Counted from the stretch's first letter, positions 26,321 through 34,727 are shown. The stretch is 35,432 nucleotides of DNA from a virus (IMGVR_UViG_3300037991_001660:1-35432), one strand, 5' to 3'. Program-made: numbers and translations. The notes: generated by a model not told the origin, from the sequence alone.

Positions 26321-26476
26321 ATGGAATACGAAACGTGCAGCCATTGCGATGGCGAAGGATACTTCACAGGTCGTGAAGAATTTACATTCAAAAAGATAAA
26401 CGTGCCTTGCCCTCATTGCTGTGGTCTCGGCTGGAATATGAAAGATCTTGACACTAAGGAGGATCTGGTTGCATAA
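26321..26476 (+). CDS. 51-aa DnaJ-type zinc-finger protein (not in ORF track)
   Basis: RBS GGAGA; two CxxCxGxG motifs (CSHCDGEG, CPHCCGLG). Confidence 0.75.
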   Translation: MEYETCSHCDGEGYFTGREEFTFKKINVPCPHCCGLGWNMKDLDTKEDLVA

Positions 26477-26482
26477 GTGCAA
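26448..26482 (+). promoter_or_regulatory. Putative promoter and operator in front of the Cro-like gene
   Basis: TTGACA at 26448; TTGCATAAGTGCAA palindrome at 26469-26482; ATG at 26485. Confidence 0.55.
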
Positions 26483-26484
26483 TC

Positions 26485-26769
26485 ATGAAGTCGTATCTAC
26501 AATTAGTAAGTGACAAAGCTTACAAAGCAAACATAAAACTAGAAGACGCCTTTGACAAAGCAGGGGCGTGTCATACTACATATTGGAGAACAAAGAATAA
26601 TAAGACTGAATTGAAATATGATACGGCATTGAGGATCTTCAATGCAATCGAAGAGTTATACCAGATACAACAAGGTCGTGAGTATTCCCAACGACTACGA
26701 GAAACTGATCAAAGAGTTAGTCGTAGCTCGATCAGAAGTAGGTTTAAGCCAAGAATTATTAGCCAATAA
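26485..26769 (+). CDS. Cro/XRE-like HTH protein
   Basis: LEDAFDKAG...TTYWR......L.YDTA.RI. Confidence 0.65.
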   Translation: MKSYLQLVSDKAYKANIKLEDAFDKAGACHTTYWRTKNNKTELKYDTALRIFNAIEELYQIQQGREYSQRLRETDQRVSRSSIRSRFKPRIISQ

Positions 26770-26923
26770 AATTGGATGCACTTCTTCGCTTATACACAAA
26801 TGGGAATGCCACAAGAGAATACCCTCTGGATTTATGTTGATATGCTGGCTTGATGCATTGGGATACCAGATAGATGTCACGAAAAAAAAGCAAACGAATA
26901 ACCTGTCTGTCGTGTCAGAATAA
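26642..26923 (+). CDS. XRE-family HTH regulator (start possibly GTG 26678)
   Basis: AR...GLSQELLA.KIGCTSSLIHKWE..KRIPS......W..ALG. Confidence 0.85.
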   Translation: MQSKSYTRYNKVVSIPNDYEKLIKELVVARSEVGLSQELLANKIGCTSSLIHKWECHKRIPSGFMLICWLDALGYQIDVTKKKQTNNLSVVSE

Positions 26924-27188
26924 AGTAGATTATTTTGTAGCTATACTTAAAGACAATCATGAAGCTACTAACGAAAAATGCTGGTTCATTTGCATACATT
27001 GTTATGAGGGAGACAAATGGCAAACCGTAACAAAAACAAAGGAACTTACCACGAAAAGTGGTTCGTCAACTGGCTCAAAGAACAAGGCATCAAAGCAAAA
27101 AGGCAACCCCTCTCGGGCAGCTTGGGAGGCGAGTATTCGGGCGACATCAAACTCGAACTCAACGGACACGAACTGGTGGGAGAAGTAA
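26874..27188 (+). CDS. Putative zinc-ribbon protein (C-terminal half overlaps the nuclease gene)
   Basis: CLSC...CIHC in the N-terminal ~50 aa; fills the gap between the XRE and nuclease genes. Confidence 0.55.
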   Translation: MSRKKSKRITCLSCQNKVDYFVAILKDNHEATNEKCWFICIHCYEGDKWQTVTKTKELTTKSGSSTGSKNKASKQKGNPSRAAWEASIRATSNSNSTDTNWWEK

Positions 27189-27361
27189 AGTACAGAGATA
27201 AGTCTAACTTCCCTAGTCCATTCGCAGTCCTCGAAGGCAGAGACATTGCCTTCTACAAAAGACGGAGGGGAACTCCGCAAACGCTAGTCATAATGAGTGG
27301 CGAAACATTTGAACAACTAATGGAGAATAAAGATGGCAAAGAAAATAAAGACAGCAGTTGA
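27017..27361 (+). CDS. PD-(D/E)xK nuclease, Holliday junction resolvase-like
   Basis: KG..HE, RQPLSG..GG...GDI, GEVKYR. Confidence 0.8.
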   Translation: MANRNKNKGTYHEKWFVNWLKEQGIKAKRQPLSGSLGGEYSGDIKLELNGHELVGEVKYRDKSNFPSPFAVLEGRDIAFYKRRRGTPQTLVIMSGETFEQLMENKDGKENKDSS

Positions 27362-27581
27362 CGCTGCCGTATGGGAAGCAAACGTAGGTCGGGTTGCACA
27401 ATCGCCAACACTACAACGAGAAGTATTACGCAAAGGATACTTCATAGACAGCGAAGCTATTCATGCTACCAGAATCAAGAATGGCGAAGTTGTTGGTGAG
27501 AACTGGCTCAAAGGTAAGAACAAAGAAATACTTATCAGAGACCACGGTCTTACAGAAAAAGACTTTGAAAAATATACTTGA
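27333..27581 (+). CDS. Hypothetical protein
   Basis: 82 aa with GGAG RBS. Confidence 0.7.
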   Translation: MAKKIKTAVDAAVWEANVGRVAQSPTLQREVLRKGYFIDSEAIHATRIKNGEVVGENWLKGKNKEILIRDHGLTEKDFEKYT

Positions 27582-27606
27582 ACACATTGCGTATATGCAA
27601 TAGACT
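27578..27606 (+). promoter_or_regulatory. Sigma70-like promoter with operator in the spacer
   Basis: TTGAAC-17bp-TAGACT; ATTGCGTATATGCAATA at 27586-27602. Confidence 0.65.
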
Positions 27607-27626
27607 TCAAGAAAAAGGAGAACTAA

Positions 27627-28406
27627 ATGGATCGCAGAGGATTTATTGGCGGCTCGGATTGCGTCAAGATTATGCAAGGCGAGTGGCAAGAACTATGGGA
27701 AATCAAAACTGATCGAAGAAAGCCAGATGATTTGTCAGACAATCTTGCAGTGCAGCTAGGCACATTCACTGAAGACTTCAACCTTCAATGGTTTGAAAAA
27801 CAATACCAATGCACACTTGGTAAACATCAATGGGAGATCGAGCAACAGATTGGCAGAGTGCCAGCTCGAGGAACGATTGATGCGGCTTATGGATTAGTGC
27901 CTGTTGAAGCCAAGCACACCAACGCATTCAATTCAATGAATGATATTATCGAACGCTATATGCCACAGATACAATTGTACGCAAAGCTTGCTGATGCAGA
28001 CAGCGCATACTTGTCTGTAATATTTGGTAATAGCAAATGGGAAGCGCGTAATATCAAGTGCAGCAATGAATACTTCAACAAAATGTGGACTGTTGTTTCT
28101 GACTTCTGGTCATACGTTGAAGCTGACAAGCCACCTGAAGATGTCAACGTACCAACAATTAGTCAAAACAATATTGAAGTAGATCAGATGGTGATGAGAG
28201 ATGCAACACAAGATAATCAATTCGTCGATGCGGCAGTTACATATATACAAGGTTATGAACATAACCGAGTATTCGAGAATGCAAAGAAAGACCTCAAAGC
28301 TATGGTCTTGCCCAGCGAACGTGAAGTTTATTGTGATCAATTGTCAGTCAGAAGAGACAAGCGAGGCGCACTAAGAATAGTAATTACTAATAATGTCAAA
28401 AAATAA
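27627..28406 (+). CDS. YqaJ-like viral recombinase / lambda-type exonuclease
   Basis: R.GFIGGSD, LW..KT, G...E, TID, EAKHT, YMPQIQLY, FW..V. Confidence 0.9.
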   Translation: MDRRGFIGGSDCVKIMQGEWQELWEIKTDRRKPDDLSDNLAVQLGTFTEDFNLQWFEKQYQCTLGKHQWEIEQQIGRVPARGTIDAAYGLVPVEAKHTNAFNSMNDIIERYMPQIQLYAKLADADSAYLSVIFGNSKWEARNIKCSNEYFNKMWTVVSDFWSYVEADKPPEDVNVPTISQNNIEVDQMVMRDATQDNQFVDAAVTYIQGYEHNRVFENAKKDLKAMVLPSEREVYCDQLSVRRDKRGALRIVITNNVKK

Positions 28407-28566
28407 AATCATATTTGCAATAACATCAGATGATGTAGTCACAATGTTTAAAGCAATAAAAAGAGAACTTCAAACCAAACGTAAACGCAGAATGGGAGAT
28501 GCTTCAGTAGTTATTGAACTCTGCAAATTTTACGTCAAACATAATAAGGAGAACAACAATGAGTAA
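28393..28566 (+). CDS. 57-aa hypothetical protein, possibly ribbon-helix-helix (not in ORF track)
   Basis: MSKNKIIFAITSDDVVTMFKAIKRELQTKRKRRMGDASVVIELCKFYVKHNKENNNE; fills the exo-annealase gap and overlaps both. Confidence 0.55.
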   Translation: MSKNKIIFAITSDDVVTMFKAIKRELQTKRKRRMGDASVVIELCKFYVKHNKENNNE

Positions 28567-29014
28567 CTTAGAAATATGGAATGAGTTAGCAGATACAGAT
28601 CCTGAGTACATCAAGCCTGTGTCATTTGGTGCTAGATCATTTACAGCTATTGATCCTCAGTATCAGATTAGAAAAATGACTGAACAGTTTGGGCCTATTG
28701 GTGCTGGCTGGGGTTGGGAAAGTACAACCGAAGTTGTGCAAATGTCTAACGGTGACTCAGCAGTGCTAGCTCATGTTACTGTCTGGCATACAGAACGTCA
28801 TTATTCTTTCGGTGCATTCACTGGCTGTCGAAAGTTCTTTGACTCTTCGAAGGGACGCATTGCTGAAGATGCCCCCAAGATGGCAATAACAGATGGGTTA
28901 ACTAAAGCATTATCGCATATTGGCTGTGATGCTAACATCTTCTTAGGTAAGATGGATGGTAATAAATATGCTCAAGATGCTAACAAATCTAAAGAACCAG
29001 TAGGTAGGTGGTAA
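28559..29014 (+). CDS. Rad52/Sak-like single-strand annealing protein
   Basis: IDPQYQI..MTE.FGP.G.GWG...EDAPKMA.TDGL.KA.S.IG...IF.G; RBS AAGGAG before ATG 28559. Confidence 0.75.
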   Translation: MSNLEIWNELADTDPEYIKPVSFGARSFTAIDPQYQIRKMTEQFGPIGAGWGWESTTEVVQMSNGDSAVLAHVTVWHTERHYSFGAFTGCRKFFDSSKGRIAEDAPKMAITDGLTKALSHIGCDANIFLGKMDGNKYAQDANKSKEPVGRW

Positions 29015-29268
29015 TGCTTACTAAAAAAGTAACCAAACTTTGGAAGGGTGAATACCTTTCCATCCGCACCTATGAGCATCAGGCCGCGATCAAAGCGGAC
29101 GGCCTGAGGCTCATTTACGGAGACAAAACCATGATCCTCTCACGACAACAACTTGAGAACCTCAAACCCTCTTCCAAAATTTTTAAATCAAAAACAGGCG
29201 GCAGAGACTACCAATTAATAGATATTAAATTTGCACCCAATGATCCGCGACAGGATCTACTTTTATAA
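29014..29268 (+). CDS. Hypothetical protein
   Basis: TAATG-coupled ORF of 84 aa. Confidence 0.7.
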   Translation: MLTKKVTKLWKGEYLSIRTYEHQAAIKADGLRLIYGDKTMILSRQQLENLKPSSKIFKSKTGGRDYQLIDIKFAPNDPRQDLLL

Positions 29269-29279
29269 GGAGGCCAACA

Positions 29280-29636
29280 ATGGCAGAAGAATACGACAAT
29301 ACAAACTCAGGCGCAGCCTTTCCACCATTCCCAACGCAGACCATGATCTTGCAGGGTAATTTAGATGTAGATTCTAAAGCACACAAAATTGTATGCGTAC
29401 AGAATGTAACTAAAGATGGCAGAAAAGTTATCGAAGTATATTCAAAGATGGCAATACTATTTGAGAATGACAAGAAAGGTAACGAACAAGCACCAGATTA
29501 TTCTGGCCCACTCGATGATAATGATAAGCTACGCATTGCTGGATGGAGAAAGAAAGCTAAAGACAGTGATAAACATTTTATCAGTCTAAAAATATCCGAA
29601 GGTAAAGCCTTGCCAAATGATGTGATTCCATTCTAA
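29280..29636 (+). CDS. DUF736-like single-stranded DNA-binding protein
   Basis: LFEN.K.GNE.APDYSG, IAGW, FISL.IS; SSB-like C-terminal DVIPF. Confidence 0.7.
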   Translation: MAEEYDNTNSGAAFPPFPTQTMILQGNLDVDSKAHKIVCVQNVTKDGRKVIEVYSKMAILFENDKKGNEQAPDYSGPLDDNDKLRIAGWRKKAKDSDKHFISLKISEGKALPNDVIPF

Positions 29637-29704
29637 TGTGGGATCAGTTCTCCGAGGACGCAGAATTATTGCCTATTACTGCTCACACTGTCCTCGTTCA
29701 CCTT

Positions 29705-29734
29705 GGCGCACCTCTTTAGGTGCGTCTTTTTTTT
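29705..29734 (+). terminator. Intrinsic terminator
   Basis: GGCGCACCT-CTTT-AGGTGCGTC followed by T8. Confidence 0.85.
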
Positions 29735-29744
29735 GAGGTATAAA

Positions 29745-30008
29745 ATGACACCACTTGAAAGAATGAAAGCAGATGCAAAGATCTGCAACTCAAAGCTAAA
29801 AACTAATAGCAAAGTTATTCATACACCAGAACCAACAACGCCAAGAGGTATTACAAGAACTCAAGGCAAAGGCTGGCGCAATGACAAACTCTCAGAACAA
29901 GAGATCGGAGATATTAAATACTTCTTAGGCAGAGGCTGGGATATAAGATCAACAGCAGTTATGTGTGGTGTTAGCTACAGCACTGTACAAAAGATTAAAG
30001 CTTCTTAA
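29745..30008 (+). CDS. HTH DNA-binding protein (candidate late regulator)
   Basis: LSEQEI..I...L..GW..RSTA.MCGVSYSTVQKI; GAGG RBS before ATG 29745. Confidence 0.7.
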   Translation: MTPLERMKADAKICNSKLKTNSKVIHTPEPTTPRGITRTQGKGWRNDKLSEQEIGDIKYFLGRGWDIRSTAVMCGVSYSTVQKIKAS

Positions 30009-30463
30009 ACTCTTAACTCAAAGTGAGGTGCGTCTATAAACGGACGCTTACCTTGCGATCTTCGAAGGTCACAGTAATCATTCAAAGCATCTTCCATTGT
30101 GCCATCATACTCAGCAATATTATTGATGTGCCAAGCTGCTCCCCACCTCACAGGGATACCAAGATCTTTAGCTGCTAACTTCATTGCATCAGCTATTTCA
30201 TCATAAAGCTTTAATTCCCAGCGATCACCAACGCCTTTTAAATAAGCCATCAGATCCACAGCATGACCATCTAAATGCTTTGACTTCATAGTTTTTGAAG
30301 CACCTTTAGCAACCAATGCTCTCTGTTCTTCAATAGTTCTTAAACCACAGATACAAGAAAAGTCCTGTTTGCTAACACCAATTGCATATTTAACTATTGC
30401 AACCATGCGCTCATCAACACCTTCAAGTTTTGCTAAACTTCCTTTGCCTAATTTAAAACTCAT
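30005..30463 (-). CDS. Endolysin, M15-family L-Ala-D-Glu peptidase
   Basis: GLRT.EEQ, SKHL.GHAVD, RWG..W, DAPHFEL. Confidence 0.92.
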   Translation of the reverse strand: MSFKLGKGSLAKLEGVDERMVAIVKYAIGVSKQDFSCICGLRTIEEQRALVAKGASKTMKSKHLDGHAVDLMAYLKGVGDRWELKLYDEIADAMKLAAKDLGIPVRWGAAWHINNIAEYDGTMEDALNDYCDLRRSQGKRPFIDAPHFELRV

Positions 30464-30801
30464 TTCTTTAATCCTTTCATTGTACGGATACCAAAGCTTG
30501 CAGCTATTGAAGCATACATTGCCCAGCTAAACCATTGCGGTGCAGCTTGAAGATTTTCAAATCCCTGTTTCATATAAGGCTGAAGCCAAGGAACAAATGA
30601 TCCTAAAACAATAGCTATAAAACATAGAGTCCAAGCCTCATCTTTCCAGCTATCAGCACTAGCCTCAATTGCCGCTTGCTCCCAACTAATTTCACCTGTT
30701 GCGATTTTCATTTTGGTTTCAGCTTCAGCAGCTTTGACCTTTGCCTTACTATCAATGTAAGTTGTAGCTAAACCAGCAACGCTTTGAAGTATTCCAATCA
30801 T
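30460..30801 (-). CDS. Putative holin
   Basis: SWKDE motif followed by two hydrophobic helices and a basic C-terminus; adjacent to endolysin. Confidence 0.65.
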   Translation of the reverse strand: MIGILQSVAGLATTYIDSKAKVKAAEAETKMKIATGEISWEQAAIEASADSWKDEAWTLCFIAIVLGSFVPWLQPYMKQGFENLQAAPQWFSWAMYASIAASFGIRTMKGLKK

Positions 30802-31022
30802 GATGCACTCCTATCTGTTTTAGCTTCTTTATTCATCCAAATACCAAAACAACCAGTCAATGCCCCCATGCAAACAGATACTAAACCAGCAGCTTGCGTA
30901 ATGTTAGGGAAGTCTGGTGGCAAAGACATATACCAATGCACCGCTTGATAAGTAAGAATTGTAACTACTAACATCATCAACCTAGGAAAAATTTTATAGT
31001 CATCAATTATCGTAGAAGCCAT
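30798..31022 (-). CDS. Small two-TM membrane protein (lysis cassette)
   Basis: IFPRLMMLVV...W....P...QAAGLVSV..GA.TG.FG. Confidence 0.7.
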   Translation of the reverse strand: MASTIIDDYKIFPRLMMLVVTILTYQAVHWYMSLPPDFPNITQAAGLVSVCMGALTGCFGIWMNKEAKTDRSAS

Positions 31023-31125
31023 CACAAAACCTTTTTGCTATTTTACTACTGCTTGTTTGTATAACCAATTTACCATCGTCTGTATACACAACAAACCTAT
31101 TCCTCTTTACCTCGACTATCCTCAT
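31003..31125 (-). CDS. 40-aa hypothetical protein (not in ORF track)
   Basis: MRIVEVKRNRFVVYTDDGKLVIQTSSSKIAKRFCDGFYDN; fills the operon gap. Confidence 0.5.
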   Translation of the reverse strand: MRIVEVKRNRFVVYTDDGKLVIQTSSSKIAKRFCDGFYDN

Positions 31126-31285
31126 CTAATAAAATACATTCTAAAATCATATCATTCGAGGTAACTAACACTCCAGCCTTATCTCTTTCAACTAAACAAA
31201 TCTCTTTATCAGTGTAAGTATCTAACAAATAATACTGCAAATGATCTGTTCGAACAAAGTGAAACCAAACTAATGCATACATCAT
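31097..31285 (-). CDS. Hypothetical protein
   Basis: 62 aa, ATGA-coupled, two Cys. Confidence 0.65.
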   Translation of the reverse strand: MMYALVWFHFVRTDHLQYYLLDTYTDKEICLVERDKAGVLVTSNDMILECILLDEDSRGKEE

Positions 31286-31740
31286 GGCAGATAATCCCTA
31301 ACATCTAACCACCCCATATAATGCAGATAGGCCGTAGCCCCCACAGCAGAGAACAGGAGAAGCACAACGATCCCAGCTATGGTGACCATCATCTCTTGCC
31401 GTTCTATAGCCTCACGCCTCGCCTGAGCCTCTGCCTCACGCTTCTCTGCCAAAACCTCTCTCCTAATCTTTAGAAGTTCCAAGTATTTTGATCTGCCATA
31501 CGTCTGAGTTATCCATTCTTTGAGTTCTTCTTCAGCTTCCGCAGCCTGACGTAGTTTCGCCCAACGATCCAACGCTGTAGCATTTGTACTTTTGCCAGAT
31601 ACACCCTTCTTCTGTAGCGTTTTCTTAGCGTGGTCAGTTGCGTCAAAGAATTGCCCAATCTGTTTACTAAGAGCAGCTACGGATTTGCCAGTTTGAAGAC
31701 CTAACTTGATTCCGCTAAGAATTGTTATGGGGTCGACCAT
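31282..31740 (-). CDS. Coiled-coil protein with C-terminal TM helix
   Basis: MVDPITI N-terminus; hydrophobic C-terminal segment. Confidence 0.75.
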   Translation of the reverse strand: MVDPITILSGIKLGLQTGKSVAALSKQIGQFFDATDHAKKTLQKKGVSGKSTNATALDRWAKLRQAAEAEEELKEWITQTYGRSKYLELLKIRREVLAEKREAEAQARREAIERQEMMVTIAGIVVLLLFSAVGATAYLHYMGWLDVRDYLP

Positions 31741-31742
31741 GT

Positions 31743-32102
31743 TTACATACCATCTTTACGGGTAAACTCTACAGTCTTTTCTAGTATTGCAATACGAGAT
31801 TGTAACTTAATAATCTGCATCATGTGATCAGCCATGCCGCTAAGATCTTCCCAAATCATTTCTGTCTCATCCCAAAGATCACTAAGGTCCTCATCAATAT
31901 CATCAAGACGCATTGAGTTGGCAAGTATGTCGCGCTGCATATTGACTTTATCTTGCACCTCTGACTGTGCTGATAGCTGAGAAACAGTAGATTCAAGATT
32001 AGATATTGTTGATGCCTGTTGTGCAGTCCACCAAATAAAGCCACCAATCTGAAGTATCACTACCCCGATTATGCCTATGCTTACTTTTGGTAGACCATCC
32101 AT
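31743..32102 (-). CDS. N-terminal TM plus coiled-coil protein (possible spanin-like)
   Basis: IGIIGVVILQIGGFIWW followed by heptads. Confidence 0.7.
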   Translation of the reverse strand: MDGLPKVSIGIIGVVILQIGGFIWWTAQQASTISNLESTVSQLSAQSEVQDKVNMQRDILANSMRLDDIDEDLSDLWDETEMIWEDLSGMADHMMQIIKLQSRIAILEKTVEFTRKDGM

Positions 32103-32275
32103 TACTCAGCCGCTTGAATCTCGTTGCCGTCTTCTTCTGCCCACGCAAGGATGGCTGCGTAGTGTCGATTAGCTGGGTCTTTTGGAACGCTCATTTCAAC
32201 ACCGTCTATAGTTGCTGTAACACAGCCAGTGTCCTGACCGTTAAACTCATTATGTTGTGCGCTTGTAACTAACAT
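32102..32275 (-). CDS. 57-aa tail fibre-associated protein (not in ORF track)
   Basis: MLVTSAQ...SVPKDPANRHYAAILAWAEEDGNEIQAAE; abuts both neighbours. Confidence 0.75.
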   Translation of the reverse strand: MLVTSAQHNEFNGQDTGCVTATIDGVEMSVPKDPANRHYAAILAWAEEDGNEIQAAE

Positions 32276-33328
32276 TTATAACTCCGCATCTGCTTGGTAA
32301 GCTGTTAAATATCGTTGTGTTGCGTCAGTAGGAGCAGAAGAAATATACGATTTAAAATGTTTATTAGTTGAATTGTACTCTGTCTGAGTTCCACCCGCAT
32401 AAGAAACTGTTGAAGTAGGAACTGCTCTCATTGTTGTTGGATGAAATAAATGCACAAATTTGTGACCAGCTTCGTATTGAGTAGCAAACGGTCCAGCCGT
32501 TGTATAATTTTCTTTGTAATAATACCTTTCGCATCGTGCAAGCTCATCCCCAAAGCTTCGATGCTCGAAGTCCGTAGCAGTGTCACCTACTTCTAATTGG
32601 CATCCAGTTAACTGCCACGTTGAATTGTTAGTTGTGTATAAAACATTTGTTGCTTGTCCGTTTGCCCAAAAAGTATCGTTTCCATAATTAGCCCAATCTG
32701 TTAGCGACCCTCCACCAGTAAAACCACTTCCAGCAGCTAAATGCCAATTTACATAAAAGCCAATACCATTGTCATTATTTATAGCGTCATTAGTTGTATT
32801 AGCTGTAAACGTAACTGTTTTATATTCCCAAGTATTAGCACTACTTATTGTGTAGGTTTTATTTGATATTACTGCTTGATTATCTGCTTTATAAATACCT
32901 ACTGCAAAAGTTCCAGTTACACTAGACTTGACATAAAAAGACAAAGTTAAAGGTTTAGCTGAAGAAGTTCCCCAACCTATTCTTTGTAAATTTTGAGCCT
33001 CTATTAATTGAGATAAATGAGAGTATTCATCTGTTGCCCATGCGCTTTCTGCTGTAGTGGTTGTAAGTTTTAAGCTGGTTACAAAACCAGATGGTGCATC
33101 AGCTACCTGAGTAATTGTTCCAGCAGCATTATCTGTGTTAACAAGACCAAATTTCCATCTATCTAAAGCAATATTATTATTGGTGTAAGTTCCAGCCCCT
33201 CGTTGATAAACTTGCATTGCCCCATTAATTAAAAGATTTCTGTTACTCAGCGCACCACTACTACCACCAACCGTATCGAGCCTAGCTGATACTGATGATA
33301 GGTCTGCTATATCTCTCGCTCTGCTCAT
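32276..33328 (-). CDS. Tail/receptor-binding protein with a carbohydrate-binding-like beta-sandwich
   Basis: NRNLLINGAM.V.QR, DRW, Q.IEAQN, TLSFYVKS, QLTGCQLEVG..AT.FEHR...EL.RC.RYY. Confidence 0.75.
   Translation of the reverse strand: MSRARDIADLSSVSARLDTVGGSSGALSNRNLLINGAMQVYQRGAGTYTNNNIALDRWKFGLVNTDNAAGTITQVADAPSGFVTSLKLTTTTAESAWATDEYSHLSQLIEAQNLQRIGWGTSSAKPLTLSFYVKSSVTGTFAVGIYKADNQAVISNKTYTISSANTWEYKTVTFTANTTNDAINNDNGIGFYVNWHLAAGSGFTGGGSLTDWANYGNDTFWANGQATNVLYTTNNSTWQLTGCQLEVGDTATDFEHRSFGDELARCERYYYKENYTTAGPFATQYEAGHKFVHLFHPTTMRAVPTSTVSYAGGTQTEYNSTNKHFKSYISSAPTDATQRYLTAYQADAEL
33236..33328. repeat. 93-nt direct repeat, copy 2
   Basis: Matches 95-187 at constant offset 33141. Confidence 0.9.
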
Positions 33329-33338
33329 TGCTTACTCC

Positions 33339-33731
33339 TTAGGATGGCTTAGTAGGCCAAGTAACATTATCTAATCCAGTGACCCCACTTTGCGCTGGAA
33401 CGTCACGCAAGTTTTGTCTGTATGTTTTCCAAGCATCAGACATTGTAACGTCAGAGTTAGCCATCCAATCTGTTTCAGCTAATCGTCTGTCACGCTCTGC
33501 TCGAAGGTCAGCCATTGGCTTGGCGTTGACTAGCTCTGTTTTCTTAGCTGATGCTTGCGCCCATGTAACACCAAAGTCACTTGGGTTACTGCTTTCTATT
33601 GCAGAGCCATTGTCATCTGAGCCTGTTACCTTTCGGAACATCTCATTAAACTCGTCTTCTGTTGTTGGTTCACCACGAAGAACCCACTCCGTAATACCTA
33701 ATTCATTTAGTGCTGTTGCAATTGTTGTCAT
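33339..33731 (-). CDS. Tail fibre assembly chaperone-like protein
   Basis: LRAERDRRLAETDW...WKTYRQNLRDVP...WPTKP. Confidence 0.8.
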   Translation of the reverse strand: MTTIATALNELGITEWVLRGEPTTEDEFNEMFRKVTGSDDNGSAIESSNPSDFGVTWAQASAKKTELVNAKPMADLRAERDRRLAETDWMANSDVTMSDAWKTYRQNLRDVPAQSGVTGLDNVTWPTKPS

Positions 33732-33735
33732 TTAT

Positions 33736-34242
33736 CTATCCTATCATTACCATTTGACAATTTGTGTGATTAGACCCACCATAGATGTCTCCGCTACAAC
33801 TAAAACTAATGTAATCATTAGCATCTAATTTAACGATTTCACTCATACATAAGGTATGGTCTGTTCTACCACCATCACCAAGGCCATCAAAATCAGTAAA
33901 ATATTCTTGAAAAGTTGTACCGTTTTTTTGAACCATAACACCATGAGAAGACACATTATTTATCCAAAGATAAAATTTAGCAGCAATCAAATAAATACCA
34001 TCTACTGGAACAGTTATTCTACCATTGCTACTATTCCATGTCATACCACCTAAAGCAGAACCTTCTACTGCCCAATCAGTATAAGTTTCAACAGTACCAT
34101 GAGCAGTTGCTTCCCCTGCAACAGTACCACGCAAATATATGTAGGGCGTAACACTTCTACTAATTCTACCACTACTGTCTATGGTTAAACCAGAAGTACC
34201 ACTAGTATTCTGTATTGTATCTACTTTTAATACTGAACTCAT
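33736..34242 (-). CDS. Short fibre protein with C1q/TNF-like head
   Basis: Start MSSVLKVDTIQ at 34242 (ATGA overlap); GRITVPVDGIY...L..NDYI. Confidence 0.7.
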   Translation of the reverse strand: MSSVLKVDTIQNTSGTSGLTIDSSGRISRSVTPYIYLRGTVAGEATAHGTVETYTDWAVEGSALGGMTWNSSNGRITVPVDGIYLIAAKFYLWINNVSSHGVMVQKNGTTFQEYFTDFDGLGDGGRTDHTLCMSEIVKLDANDYISFSCSGDIYGGSNHTNCQMVMIG

Positions 34243-34727
34243 GGTGCTATCTCCGTTATTAATAAACTCCCACAAGGAGATGTAGCTTCACCAAACCTTA
34301 CACTAGTAGCAGAACTAGAGGAAGATTGAGCTACTTGTAATTTCCAAGTTATTTGAGAGCCATTTGTATTGCTGTATTCAGTTGTTTCAGAAAATGAAAC
34401 TTTTTGCCAAGAACCACTATTACCATAATCATACTCACCAAAGTAATTAATTGAGTAAGCTGATGAACCGTTGTGTAAAATTTGAATATTACCTCGGTTA
34501 TCATAACCTCCATTACGGTCAAGTCTAATGCTAGTACTAAGTTGAAACATAACAGTGCTAGTTGTAAGCTTTGGTGTATAGTTTACTGTCCATACATCTG
34601 TATAAGAAGTTGATGTAACATTTACATCTGTTGATGTTGTTTGTCTTTCACTGTGAACAACATGACCAGCAGAAGAAACCCTAGTTCCTGTTGCTGGCTG
34701 GAGAGTATCGACTTTGAGTATGCTCAT
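34239..34727 (-). CDS. Short fibre/receptor-binding-like protein
   Basis: MSILKVDTLQ...GHVV...TP..T.S.V...ITEIA. Confidence 0.7.
   Translation of the reverse strand: MSILKVDTLQPATGTRVSSAGHVVHSERQTTSTDVNVTSTSYTDVWTVNYTPKLTTSTVMFQLSTSIRLDRNGGYDNRGNIQILHNGSSAYSINYFGEYDYGNSGSWQKVSFSETTEYSNTNGSQITWKLQVAQSSSSSATSVRFGEATSPCGSLLITEIAP

Noticed and set aside
95-33328. Diversity-generating retroelement (TR/VR pair), suggested by the BPP-1-like head genes and the 93-nt repeat
   Set aside because: No reverse transcriptase in the window; both copies are 5' ends of coding genes and the mismatches are not adenine-specific
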